Shown here one piece after another: positions 23,448-32,000 of a stretch of DNA of 32,000 bases. The position numbers and the translations under genes were made by a program. This DNA comes from Planifilum fimeticola (GTDB lineage Bacteria > Bacillota > Bacilli > Thermoactinomycetales > DSM-44946), in NCBI RefSeq assembly GCF_003001905.1, contig NZ_PVNE01000006.1, positions 81,407 to 113,406 on the forward strand. The letters run 5' to 3'. The notes beneath the pieces are model-generated. The model saw only the letters and a list, made by a program, of their open reading frames with translations. It was not told the DNA's origin and ran no database searches. The first letter of the stretch is position 1; every line of letters starts with the position of its first letter.

Positions 23448-23620
23448 AGGGAGGCAACCGGGCCGATCGCGTCGCTCCGTTCGGGGTTTGACGGGTTTCC
23501 GCCGGAGGAATGGATAAGTGTGACGGTCGAATCCCTTGGTTTTTGCAGCTGTTGTCTCAGGTTTCTTGAACGGAATGGTCGTTTGAGTTCGCCCCACATT
23601 TCCAAAGGGGGGAATCCGGG

Positions 23621-25021
23621 ATGAAATTGCTGGCCGTGACCGCTTGTCCGGTAGGGATCGCGCACACGTACATCGCCGCCGAAAAGCTGAAAAAGGCGGC
23701 GGATGAAGCGGGCCATACCATCAAAGTGGAAACCTGGGGATCCATCGGCGTGGAAAACGCCTTTACACAGGAGGAGATTGAGGAAGCGGACGGGGTGATC
23801 CTGGCGGCGGACAAGGATGTGGACAAAAGCCGCTTCCGGGGAAAGCGGGTGCTGGAATGCTCCGTTCAGGATGCGATCCACCGCCCGGAGGAGTTGATCC
23901 GGCGATTGGTCGACGGAGAAGTTCCCGTCTTCGGGGCCCCGGAACGGGAAGAGCCGAAACGGGAGGAGTCGCCGGTTGAAAAGGCCGAATCCGGTCGTTC
24001 CTTTTACCGCCACCTGATGAACGGCGTTTCTTACATGATCCCCTTTGTGGTGGTGGGCGGTTTGTTGATCGCCCTGTCCCTCGGCTTCGGGGGAAAAGCG
24101 ACGCCGGAAGGGTTTGTGGTGCCCGACGATTCCATCTGGAAGCCGGTTCTGGCAGTGGGCGAAACCGGATTTTTGTTCATGGTGCCCATCCTGGCCGGAT
24201 ATATCGCCTACAGCATTGCCGACCGTCCGGGTTTGGCACCCGGCATGATCGGCGGCTACATTGCGGCCGACGGGAGCTTTTATGGCAGCGAAGCGGGGGC
24301 GGGATTCATCGGGGGGATCATCGCCGGGTTTCTCGCGGGCTATCTGGCCAAAGGCATCCGTTCAATACCGGTGCCCAAGGTGATTCAGCCCATCATGCCC
24401 ATCCTGGTGATTCCGCTGGTCACGTCCCTTCTGACGGCTCTCCTGTTTATCCATGGGATCGGCGCCCCCATTTCCGGGATCATGTCGGCGATGACCGAGT
24501 GGCTCCACGACATGCAGGGGGCCGGCAAAGTGGCGCTGGCTTTGGTCCTGGGAGCGATGATCGCCTTTGATATGGGCGGTCCGATCAACAAGGTGGCCTT
24601 TTTGTTCGGAGCGGCGATGATCGGGGAGGGACAACCCTTCATCATGGGGGCGATCGCTCCGGCGATCTGCACCCCTCCTCTCGGAATGGGGCTGGCCACG
24701 CTGCTGGCCAAGAGGAAATATTATCCCGAGGAATGGGAAGCGGGCAAGGCCGCCCTGGCCATGGGGATGGTCGGCATTACGGAAGGGGCGATCCCCTTTG
24801 CATCCCGCGATCCCCTCCGCGTCATTCCGAGCATCATGATCGGTTCCATGGCGGCGTCAGTCATCGCCATGTTGGGAGGCGTGGCCGATCACGTTCCCCA
24901 CGGGGGGCCGATCGTGGCCTTGTTCCAGGCCGTCGATCATGTCCCGATGTTTTTCGTCGCCATCCTGGCGGGGACCGTCGTGACGGCATTCTTGGTGAAC
25001 GCCTTGAAGAAAAACGTCTAG
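23621..25021 (+). CDS. PTS fructose-family transporter subunit IIBC (no IIA domain)
   Basis: The N-terminus MKLLAVTACPVGIAHTYIAAEKL is a fructose-type EIIB with an active-site Cys. A flexible linker follows, then a roughly 340-aa polytopic EIIC. 466 aa. Confidence 0.9.
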   Translation: MKLLAVTACPVGIAHTYIAAEKLKKAADEAGHTIKVETWGSIGVENAFTQEEIEEADGVILAADKDVDKSRFRGKRVLECSVQDAIHRPEELIRRLVDGEVPVFGAPEREEPKREESPVEKAESGRSFYRHLMNGVSYMIPFVVVGGLLIALSLGFGGKATPEGFVVPDDSIWKPVLAVGETGFLFMVPILAGYIAYSIADRPGLAPGMIGGYIAADGSFYGSEAGAGFIGGIIAGFLAGYLAKGIRSIPVPKVIQPIMPILVIPLVTSLLTALLFIHGIGAPISGIMSAMTEWLHDMQGAGKVALALVLGAMIAFDMGGPINKVAFLFGAAMIGEGQPFIMGAIAPAICTPPLGMGLATLLAKRKYYPEEWEAGKAALAMGMVGITEGAIPFASRDPLRVIPSIMIGSMAASVIAMLGGVADHVPHGGPIVALFQAVDHVPMFFVAILAGTVVTAFLVNALKKNV

Positions 25022-25028
25022 CATCAGA

Positions 25029-25055
25029 AACCCGGCCGAAATACGGCCGGGTTTT
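25029..25055. terminator. bidirectional terminator between the PTS IIBC gene and clpP
   Basis: AACCCGGCCG / CGGCCGGGTT stem with loop AAATA, then TTTT on the + strand and TTTCT on the - strand. Confidence 0.8.
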
Positions 25056-25070
25056 GAATGCCATCCTTGC

Positions 25071-25667
25071 TCACGATTTTTTCGGAGGGTGGTCGAGGAT
25101 CTTGTCGATGATCCCGTATTCCTTGGCTTCCTCCGCGCTCATGAAGTAATCGCGGTCCGTATCCTTCTCGATTTTTTCCAGCGGTTGACCGGTGTGTTCG
25201 GACAGCAGCTTGTTCAGGCGGTCTCTCATGCGCAGGATCCGCTTGGCCCGGATTTCGATGTCCGAAGCCTGTCCTTCCGCTCCGCCCAGGGGCTGGTGAA
25301 TCATCACTTCGCTGTTGGGGAGGGCAAAGCGTTTTCCCCTGGCCCCTGCGGAGAGCAGGAAGGCACCCATGGAAGCGGCCAGTCCGACGCAGATGGTCTG
25401 CACGTCGGGTTTGACGTGTTGCATCGTGTCGTATATGGCCATGCCCGCGCTGATGGATCCGCCGGGGGAATTGATGTACAGGTAAATGTCCTTTTCCGGA
25501 TCTTCGGCGGCCAGGAAGAGGAGCTGGGCAACCACGAGGTTGGCCACCTGATCGTTGATGGGGGTGCCCAAGAGGATGATCCGGTCCTTGAGAAGGCGGG
25601 AGTAGATATCGTAGGATCGTTCGCCGCGACTGGTTTGTTCAATGACGATGGGAATCATTGTGGACAT
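25071..25667 (-). CDS. clpP: ATP-dependent Clp protease proteolytic subunit
   Basis: [34 protein letters not shown] is near-identical to the remembered B. subtilis ClpP N-terminus. Catalytic Ser context [15 protein letters not shown] lies 9 nt upstream. Confidence 0.97.
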   Translation of the reverse strand: MSTMIPIVIEQTSRGERSYDIYSRLLKDRIILLGTPINDQVANLVVAQLLFLAAEDPEKDIYLYINSPGGSISAGMAIYDTMQHVKPDVQTICVGLAASMGAFLLSAGARGKRFALPNSEVMIHQPLGGAEGQASDIEIRAKRILRMRDRLNKLLSEHTGQPLEKIEKDTDRDYFMSAEEAKEYGIIDKILDHPPKKS

Positions 25668-25804
25668 GGGTTGCTTCCTCCTTGGATGGCAGGGTTGAAT
25701 GAGGCTGTGACAAACCCTGCATGTGAGGGGCCGCCCCTTCGCCCCGTCCGGGGGCGCCGGGCGGGATGTTTCGTTTCACCCCGCTTTGTCATCGCCTCAC
25801 TATC

Positions 25805-25835
25805 ATCATATCCCCAAAGATCAAAAAAGGTCAAG
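25805..25835 (-). promoter_or_regulatory. clpP sigma-A promoter overlapped by a CtsR operator
   Basis: Reverse strand: TTGACC (25834-25829), an 18-nt spacer, then TATGAT (25810-25805). On the + strand, GATCAAA-AAA-GGTCAAG (25819-25835) matches the CtsR heptad direct-repeat consensus (A/G)GTCAAA-NAN-(A/G)GTCAAA with one mismatch per heptad. Confidence 0.65.
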
Positions 25836-25856
25836 ATTCAATTGGAACAAAACGAC

Positions 25857-25886
25857 AAACGGCAGCCGATTCATCGGCTGCCGTTT
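25857..25886 (-). terminator. terminator after tRNA-Arg
   Basis: ACGGCAGCCGA / TCGGCTGCCGT hairpin. The reverse strand continues TTTGTCGTTTTG. Confidence 0.7.
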
Positions 25887-25896
25887 TGCTCCAATG

Positions 25897-25971
25897 TGGT
25901 GCGCCTACCAGGATTCGAACCTGGGCACCTGGTTCCGGAGACCAGCGCTCTATCCCCTGAGCTATAGGCGC
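25897..25971 (-). tRNA. tRNA-Arg (anticodon CCG), CCA encoded
   Basis: The reverse complement is GCGCCTATAGCTCAGGGGATAGAGCGCTGGTCTCCGGAACCAGGTGCCCAGGTTCGAATCCTGGTAGGCGCACCA. It folds as a cloverleaf. The acceptor stem is GCGCCTA/TAGGCGC. The anticodon stem CTGGT/ACCAG closes the loop CTCCGGA. The T arm is CCAGG-TTCGAAT-CCTGG. Confidence 0.95.
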
Positions 25972-25998
25972 ATGCTGTGTTTGCCAGCGACAGAGTAT

Positions 25999-26027
25999 AT
26001 TATAACGGGTTGCGAGAGAAAATGCAA
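25999..26027 (-). promoter_or_regulatory. sigma-A promoter for tRNA-Arg
   Basis: Reverse strand: TTGCAT (26027-26022), a 17-nt spacer, then TATAAT (26004-25999), about 28 nt upstream of the tRNA 5' end. Confidence 0.6.
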
Positions 26028-26371
26028 GGGGAAATTTTGTTCCAGACCGGATCCCCTTTCCACGGATTATTGTAACCAACTCCGCTTTTTTCATCAAGGG
26101 GTGGAGCTTTTGTGAGACCGTCGGTGCCGAAAAAGGCTTTTCCACGGAATTCCGCGAGAGCAGGCAGCGGTTTTTGTGGTAAAATGGATATGAAAGCGCG
26201 ACGCGGACCCACGGTTTTCGACCGGAGGCGTCGAAGGATGTCACCCTTTCGTCGATCGGTTTCATCCCGGGAATGTTCGGCGGGAAGGTTTTTGCTCAAG
26301 TCGAAAAAGAGTGAATAATCAACCCGGCTCGTCGACTGAACGGATGTCGAAATCGCGCGGAGGTGGAAAAG

Positions 26372-27763
26372 ATGGCCTTGCAAATCAGTTACGGTCTGAT
26401 ACAGGAGCAGCGAATGAAACTGGTGATGACGCCGGAATTGCGTCAAGCCATTCAGTTGCTCCAGCTCTCCGCGGCGGATTTGGAGCAGTATATTCATGAA
26501 CAGTTGGCGGAGAATCCGGTGTTGGAAATTGACGAACCGAGCGGGGAAGGGAGAGAAGAGAGCGACGTCCCTCTGCTGGATGCCGATCCGGGGGATTGGA
26601 TGGCGTATGTCCGGCGAAGCGGGAGGGGGGAGCGGGGAGCCCCCAACCGCGATGCGGAGGGGTTTCCCTTCGAAAATCTGGCGGCTCCGTCGGAGTCCCT
26701 GGCGGAGGCGTTGGAGTCCCAGCTGCGCTACCTGCATCTGGATTCCGGCACGAGGGCCCTTTGCCGCTATTTGATCGGAAACCTGGATGACAACGGGTAC
26801 CTGAGAATCGATGACACCTCCGTATGTAAACGCTTTAATGCCGATTCGCAAGCCTTTGAGCGGGCTCTCCAGGTGATTCAATCCCTGGAACCGGCGGGGG
26901 TGGGAGCCCGCTCCCTGTCGGAGTGCCTTCGTCTCCAGCTGTTGCGGGAGGATCCCCCGGACGAAGTGGCTCTCAGGATCGCCGAAAGACACCTTCCCGA
27001 CGTGGCGGGGGGCCGGATCCGCAAGATCGCCCGGCAATTGGGATGTGAAGTCCGGCGCGTGCAGGAGGCGGTCGATCGCCTGAAGAGTTTGAATCCCCGG
27101 CCGGGCATGACCTTCGCTTCCTCCGCTCCCCGCTACGTGTTGCCGGATGTCTGCGTGGAGCGGGTGAACGGAGATTACGTCGTCCTGGTCAATGAGGGAT
27201 TTTTGCCCCGCCTCACCGTGAGCGACCGATACCAGCGGATGATGGTGGACGGCGGGGAGCAGGCCCGGAAGGCGGCGGATTATCTCAGGAATTGGTTTCA
27301 ATCGGCGGTTTGGCTCGTTCGGGGAATCGAACAGCGGCGACAAACCCTGTACCGGGTGACGCGGGTGATCGTCGAGAAGCAGAGGGCCTTTTTGGATCGC
27401 GGCGTGGATTGCTTGAAGCCGCTCACTCTGCGGGAAGTGGCGGAGGAGCTGGGTCTGCACGAGTCCACCGTGAGCCGCGCCACCCAAAACAAGTACGTGC
27501 AAACTCCGCGCGGCCTCTTTTCCTTCCGTTATTTTTTCCCGTCCGGAGTCGATTCCGCTTCGGGAGGCACGGCGGCCAAAAGCGTGAAAAAGCGCATTGC
27601 GGAATTGATTCAGGGGGAGGATAAGCGCAAGCCCTTATCCGATCAGCAGATCGCCGACCGTCTCCGAGCCGGGGGTCTTCGAATCTCTCGGCGGACCGTG
27701 GCCAAATACCGGGAAGAGCTCGGGATTCCCTCCTCGATGGCCCGGCGCAGGTACGACGGCTGA
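26372..27763 (+). CDS. rpoN: RNA polymerase sigma-54 factor
   Basis: ORF 26363..27763. ATG at 26372 lies 6 nt after GGAGGTG. Region I (MTPELRQAIQLLQLSAADLEQYIHEQLAENPVLE). C-terminal RpoN box (ARRTVAKYRE-type: ISRRTVAKYREELGIP) and an HTH (LTLREVAEELGLHESTVSRA). Confidence 0.95.
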   Translation: MALQISYGLIQEQRMKLVMTPELRQAIQLLQLSAADLEQYIHEQLAENPVLEIDEPSGEGREESDVPLLDADPGDWMAYVRRSGRGERGAPNRDAEGFPFENLAAPSESLAEALESQLRYLHLDSGTRALCRYLIGNLDDNGYLRIDDTSVCKRFNADSQAFERALQVIQSLEPAGVGARSLSECLRLQLLREDPPDEVALRIAERHLPDVAGGRIRKIARQLGCEVRRVQEAVDRLKSLNPRPGMTFASSAPRYVLPDVCVERVNGDYVVLVNEGFLPRLTVSDRYQRMMVDGGEQARKAADYLRNWFQSAVWLVRGIEQRRQTLYRVTRVIVEKQRAFLDRGVDCLKPLTLREVAEELGLHESTVSRATQNKYVQTPRGLFSFRYFFPSGVDSASGGTAAKSVKKRIAELIQGEDKRKPLSDQQIADRLRAGGLRISRRTVAKYREELGIPSSMARRRYDG

Positions 27764-27837
27764 TCGCTTCTTTTATCCGAGCCTGTGACAATCAAGGGAA
27801 TCTTTGCAGAGGAGGCGGGAACGGCTTTTCCTGCACC

Positions 27838-27866
27838 TTGTCAGCCTTCGATCCATCGGATACAAT
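27838..27866 (+). promoter_or_regulatory. sigma-A promoter of the cggR-gapA operon
   Basis: TTGTCA (27838-27843), a 17-nt spacer, then TACAAT (27861-27866). Confidence 0.6.
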
Positions 27867-27904
27867 AAGGGTGGAAGCCGTTCCTCCTTTTCTTTTTGCC
27901 GCCT

Positions 27905-27940
27905 TGGGACATATTTTGTTATACAGGGACATTAATTGTC
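27905..27940 (+). promoter_or_regulatory. CggR operator (tandem GGGAC-N6-TGTY repeats)
   Basis: TGGGAC-ATATTT-TGTT-ATAC-AGGGAC-ATTAAT-TGTC fits the B. subtilis operator pattern CGGGAC-N6-TGTC-N4-CGGGAC-N6-TGTC. It lies between the predicted promoter and the cggR start. Confidence 0.7.
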
Positions 27941-27957
27941 CCGATCGAAAAGGTGAG

Positions 27958-28986
27958 ATGATGAAGTCGCTGTTGGAACTGCAAAAGAAATTATTGCCCG
28001 ACATGCTGGAGGTGATGCGCAAGCGTTATGAAACGCTGCGGCACCTGCAGCTGATGCAGCCTGTGGGACGACGGAGTCTGGCGGCGGCCATGGGGACGAC
28101 GGAGCGAATCCTGCGGGCGGAGGTGGATTTCCTGAGGTTGCAGGGTCTGGTGCACGTCGATCCCCTCGGGATGCGCGTCACCCAGCAGGGCGCCGAATTG
28201 CTTGCGGAAATGGAGCCCTTGATCAAGGAGCTTTTCGGTCTGACGGAACTGGAGGAGGCGCTTCGGCGTCATCTGGGGCTCCGGCGCGTGATCATCGTTT
28301 CCGGCGACGCTGATCAGTCCCAATGGGTGAAAAAGGAGATGGGGCGGGCGGGAGCCCGTCTTCTCCGGGAAGAAGCCCGTCCCGGTCAGGTGGTGGCGGT
28401 GGCCGGCGGGACCACCGTCGCGGCGGTCGCCGAGATGATGGCCCCGACGCCGCAGCTGAAGGAGACCACCTTCGTGCCCGCCCGAGGCGGACTGGGAGAG
28501 GCAGTGGAGCTGGAAGCCAACTACATCGCTTCGCTCATGGCCAAGAAGACCGGGGGAAGTTACCGCCTGATGCATGTTCCCGACCAGCTGAGCGAAGAGA
28601 CTTACCGCACGGTGATCCGGGAACCGCACATCCGCGAGGTGTTGGAGCTGTTGAAAACGGCCCGGATCGCGGTGCACGGAATCGGCGGCGCCATGGAAAT
28701 GGCCGTCCGTCGCAAATCTTCTATGGAGTTGCTGCGTCATCTTCGGGAGAAGGAGGCGGTGGGCGAGGCCTTCGGATATTACTTCAACCGCCAAGGGGAG
28801 ATCGTCCACAGGATGAAGACGGTGGGGATCCGGCTGGATGATCTGCAGCGGATGGAGCGGATCATCTCGGTGGCCGGAGGAGCCAGCAAGGCGGATGCCA
28901 TCGCCGCGATTTGTTCGGTCGCCTGCCGGGATACACTGATAACCGATGAAGGGGCGGCCCGGGCCATTCTGGAGAAAGCGCAGTAA
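27958..28986 (+). CDS. cggR: central glycolytic genes regulator (SorC/DeoR-type)
   Basis: ORF 27838..28986. ATG at 27958/27961 follows AGGTGAG. N-terminal winged HTH (RRSLAAAMGTTERILRAEVDFLRLQGLV) plus a SorC sugar-binding domain. Located immediately upstream of gapA. Confidence 0.92.
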   Translation: MMKSLLELQKKLLPDMLEVMRKRYETLRHLQLMQPVGRRSLAAAMGTTERILRAEVDFLRLQGLVHVDPLGMRVTQQGAELLAEMEPLIKELFGLTELEEALRRHLGLRRVIIVSGDADQSQWVKKEMGRAGARLLREEARPGQVVAVAGGTTVAAVAEMMAPTPQLKETTFVPARGGLGEAVELEANYIASLMAKKTGGSYRLMHVPDQLSEETYRTVIREPHIREVLELLKTARIAVHGIGGAMEMAVRRKSSMELLRHLREKEAVGEAFGYYFNRQGEIVHRMKTVGIRLDDLQRMERIISVAGGASKADAIAAICSVACRDTLITDEGAARAILEKAQ

Positions 28987-29006
28987 TGCTTTGACTTTCC
29001 CAATAA

Positions 29007-30050
<1,044 letters not shown>

Positions 30051-30104
30051 AATATGAGAGGAACGGAGGAGAGGCCTTCTCCTCCTTCTCATGTGCGGAG
30101 GGAG

Positions 30105-31298
30105 ATGGACTTCGTGAAAAAGAAAACGATCAGCGATGTGGACGTCCGGGGTCAACGCGTGTTTTGCCGGGTGGACTTCAACGTCCCTCTGGAGGGAGGA
30201 AAAGTGGCCGACGACACGAGGATCCGCGCCGCGCTCCCCACGATCCGTCACCTGGCGGAGAGGGGAGCCAAAGTGATCCTCGCCAGCCATCTGGGCCGTC
30301 CGAAGGGGCAGGTCAAGGAGGAGCTGCGGCTCACCCCCGTGGCCGAGCGGCTGTCGGAACTGCTGGAAAAACCGGTGGAAAAGGCGGACGACGTGATCGG
30401 CCCCTCGGTGGCGGAACGGGTGTCCCGATTGGCGGAGGGGCAGATCCTCCTCCTGGAAAACGTCCGCTTCCACCCCGGTGAGGAGAAAAACGATCCGGAA
30501 CTGGCCAAGGCTTTTGCCGAGCTGGCCGATCTGTACGTCAACGATGCCTTCGGGGCGGCTCACCGGGCCCATGCCTCCACGGAGGGGATCGCCCGTCACC
30601 TGCCTGCGGTGGCCGGTTTTTTGCTGCAGAAGGAGCTCGAAGTGTTGGGCGAGGCCCTGGAGTCGCCGGAGAGACCCTTCACGGCGGTGATCGGCGGGGC
30701 CAAGGTGAAGGACAAGATCGGCGTCATCGAAAACCTGCTGAACAAGGTGGACAATCTGCTGATCGGAGGGGGCTTGTCCAACACCTTCATCAAAGCGCAA
30801 GGGCATGAGGTGGGCAAATCCCTCCTGGAGCAGGACAAAGTGGATCTGGCCCGCCGGCTGATCGAGCTGGCCGGGGAAAAGGGAGTGCACCTGCTGTTGC
30901 CGATCGACGTGGTGGTTGCGGACCGGCTGGAGCAGCCCGAAGACATCGGCGCGGTGGCGGTGGAGGCGATTCCCCCCGACCGGATGGCGCTGGATATAGG
31001 GCCGAGGACGCGCGAGCGGTTTGCCGAAGTGATCCGCCAGTCCAGACTGGTCGTGTGGAACGGGCCGATGGGCGTCTTCGAACAGGAACCCTTCGACGAG
31101 GGGACGAATGCGGTCGCCCGGGCCCTGGCGGATTCAAAAGCCCGGTCCATCGTTGGAGGCGGCGATTCCGCGGCGGCCATCGAAAAGTCGGGTCTGGCGG
31201 ATCGAATCGACCACATCTCCACCGGCGGCGGGGCTTCCCTGGAATTGATGGAGGGGAAAGAGCTCCCGGGTGTGGCCGCGCTGGACGACCGGGACTAA
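30105..31298 (+). CDS. pgk: phosphoglycerate kinase
   Basis: ORF 30054..31298. ATG at 30105 follows GGAGGGAG (alternative GTG at 30114). [25 protein letters not shown] and the conserved motif NGPMGVFE. Confidence 0.96.
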   Translation: MDFVKKKTISDVDVRGQRVFCRVDFNVPLEGGKVADDTRIRAALPTIRHLAERGAKVILASHLGRPKGQVKEELRLTPVAERLSELLEKPVEKADDVIGPSVAERVSRLAEGQILLLENVRFHPGEEKNDPELAKAFAELADLYVNDAFGAAHRAHASTEGIARHLPAVAGFLLQKELEVLGEALESPERPFTAVIGGAKVKDKIGVIENLLNKVDNLLIGGGLSNTFIKAQGHEVGKSLLEQDKVDLARRLIELAGEKGVHLLLPIDVVVADRLEQPEDIGAVAVEAIPPDRMALDIGPRTRERFAEVIRQSRLVVWNGPMGVFEQEPFDEGTNAVARALADSKARSIVGGGDSAAAIEKSGLADRIDHISTGGGASLELMEGKELPGVAALDDRD

Positions 31299-31318
31299 TC
31301 ACAGAAAGGGGGACAGCC

Positions 31319-32000
31319 ATGCGCATTCCCGTCATCGCAGGAAACTGGAAGATGCATAAGACCGTCAAAGAAGCGCTGTCCTTTCTCAGCACCCTTCGCT
31401 CGGGATCGTTGCCCGGGAATGTGGAAACGGTGATCTGCGCGCCTTATCCCGCCCTTCCCGCGCTGGTCGAGGCGGCGGAGGAAACCGGCATCGGAATCGG
31501 GGCGCAAAACCTGCACTGGGCCGAAGAGGGGGCGTACACCGGCGAGGTGAGCGCCCGGATGCTGACCGATATCGGCGTTCGCTACACGATTATCGGCCAT
31601 TCCGAGCGGCGGGCCTATTTTGCCGAGACGGACGAGTCGGTCAACCGGAAAGGGAAGACCGCCCTGAAACACGGTCTGGTACCCATCCTCTGCGTCGGCG
31701 AGTCGCTCGAGGAGCGGGAAAGCGGAAAAACGAAGCATGTGGTGCGGGAGCAGATCCTGCGGGCCCTGGACGGGTTCGGATCGGAGGAAGTGAAGCGGCT
31801 GATCGTCGCCTACGAGCCGGTCTGGGCCATCGGGACCGGCCGGGCGTCCACGGCGGAGGATGCCGGCGAGGTGATCGGATTCGTCCGCCGGACGATCGCC
31901 GATCTCTACGATCAGCAGGTGGCAGCTGAAGTGCGCATCCTGTACGGCGGAAGCGTGAAGCCGGACAACATCGGGTCGTTCCTGGCCGAAGCCGACATCG
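31319..32000 (+). CDS. tpiA: triose-phosphate isomerase, 3' end cut by the window edge
   Basis: Absent from the ORF track (no stop within the window). ATG at 31319 follows AAAGGGGGA. MRIPVIAGNWKMHKTV..., IIGHSERR and AYEPVWAIGTG motifs read directly from the sequence. Confidence 0.95.
   Translation, partial: MRIPVIAGNWKMHKTVKEALSFLSTLRSGSLPGNVETVICAPYPALPALVEAAEETGIGIGAQNLHWAEEGAYTGEVSARMLTDIGVRYTIIGHSERRAYFAETDESVNRKGKTALKHGLVPILCVGESLEERESGKTKHVVREQILRALDGFGSEEVKRLIVAYEPVWAIGTGRASTAEDAGEVIGFVRRTIADLYDQQVAAEVRILYGGSVKPDNIGSFLAEADI

Noticed and set aside
23510-23569. 19-codon mini-ORF (MDKCDGRIPWFLQLLSQVS) upstream of the PTS IIBC gene, as a possible leader peptide
   Set aside because: GGAGG lies only about 1 nt from the ATG, which is poor spacing. 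No terminator/antiterminator alternative structure is visible.
24234-24239. TGGCAC element, considered as a sigma-54 -24 box because rpoN is in the window
   Set aside because: It lies inside the PTS coding region and lacks a TTGC element at the required spacing. I also found no GG-N10-GC promoter upstream of the PTS gene or any other gene here, and no bEBP gene is present.
25897-25971. tRNA-Arg as an integration site for the accessory block
   Set aside because: No integrase, no repeat of the tRNA 3' end and no IS termini were seen in the window. In addition, clpP lies between the tRNA and the accessory genes.
25831-26265. 144-aa reverse-strand ORF overlapping tRNA-Arg and its promoter
   Set aside because: It runs straight through a canonical tRNA cloverleaf and its terminator. 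It has no SD.

Overview
This is a high-GC Bacillales-type chromosomal window. Gene order and two thermitase-like S8 proteases suggest Thermoactinomycetaceae or a close relative (inference). The flanks carry the conserved Bacillus yvc/glycolysis synteny. On the left: a TPR protein, trxB, a Nudix gene, glcK, rapZ(yvcJ), yvcK, whiA and an HPr-like gene. On the right: clpP, tRNA-Arg(CCG), sigL/rpoN, cggR, gapA, pgk and tpiA (cut by the window edge). About 16 kb of accessory DNA (roughly 9.2-25.1 kb) lies between them. It holds an orphan ORF, a 12-TM His-motif membrane protein, a TM2-domain protein, two tandem thermitase paralogs with a near-identical conversion tract, and an orphan PTS fructose-type IIBC. 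It also holds a compact nitrite/NO island: lipoprotein NirK, quinol NO reductase, an LpdD-like small protein, a hemerythrin/HHE protein, a Bacillus-type Fnr with a C-terminal Cys cluster, a YwiC-like membrane protein, a second Crp/Fnr paralog and a radical SAM/SPASM enzyme. The main result of the hunt is a set of TGTGA-N6-TCACA boxes. Each lies 28.5-29.5 nt from its centre to a -10-like hexamer, in front of nirK, the qNor gene, the LpdD-like gene, the hemerythrin gene, the ywiC-like gene and, more weakly, the radical SAM gene. This implies one Fnr-type regulon that recruits several uncharacterised genes. Other observations are a frameshifted UxaA-family dehydratase relic, recognisable CtsR and CggR operators, and several unexplained palindromes and leaders. 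All calls come from reading the sequence and from remembered family motifs. No database search was run.
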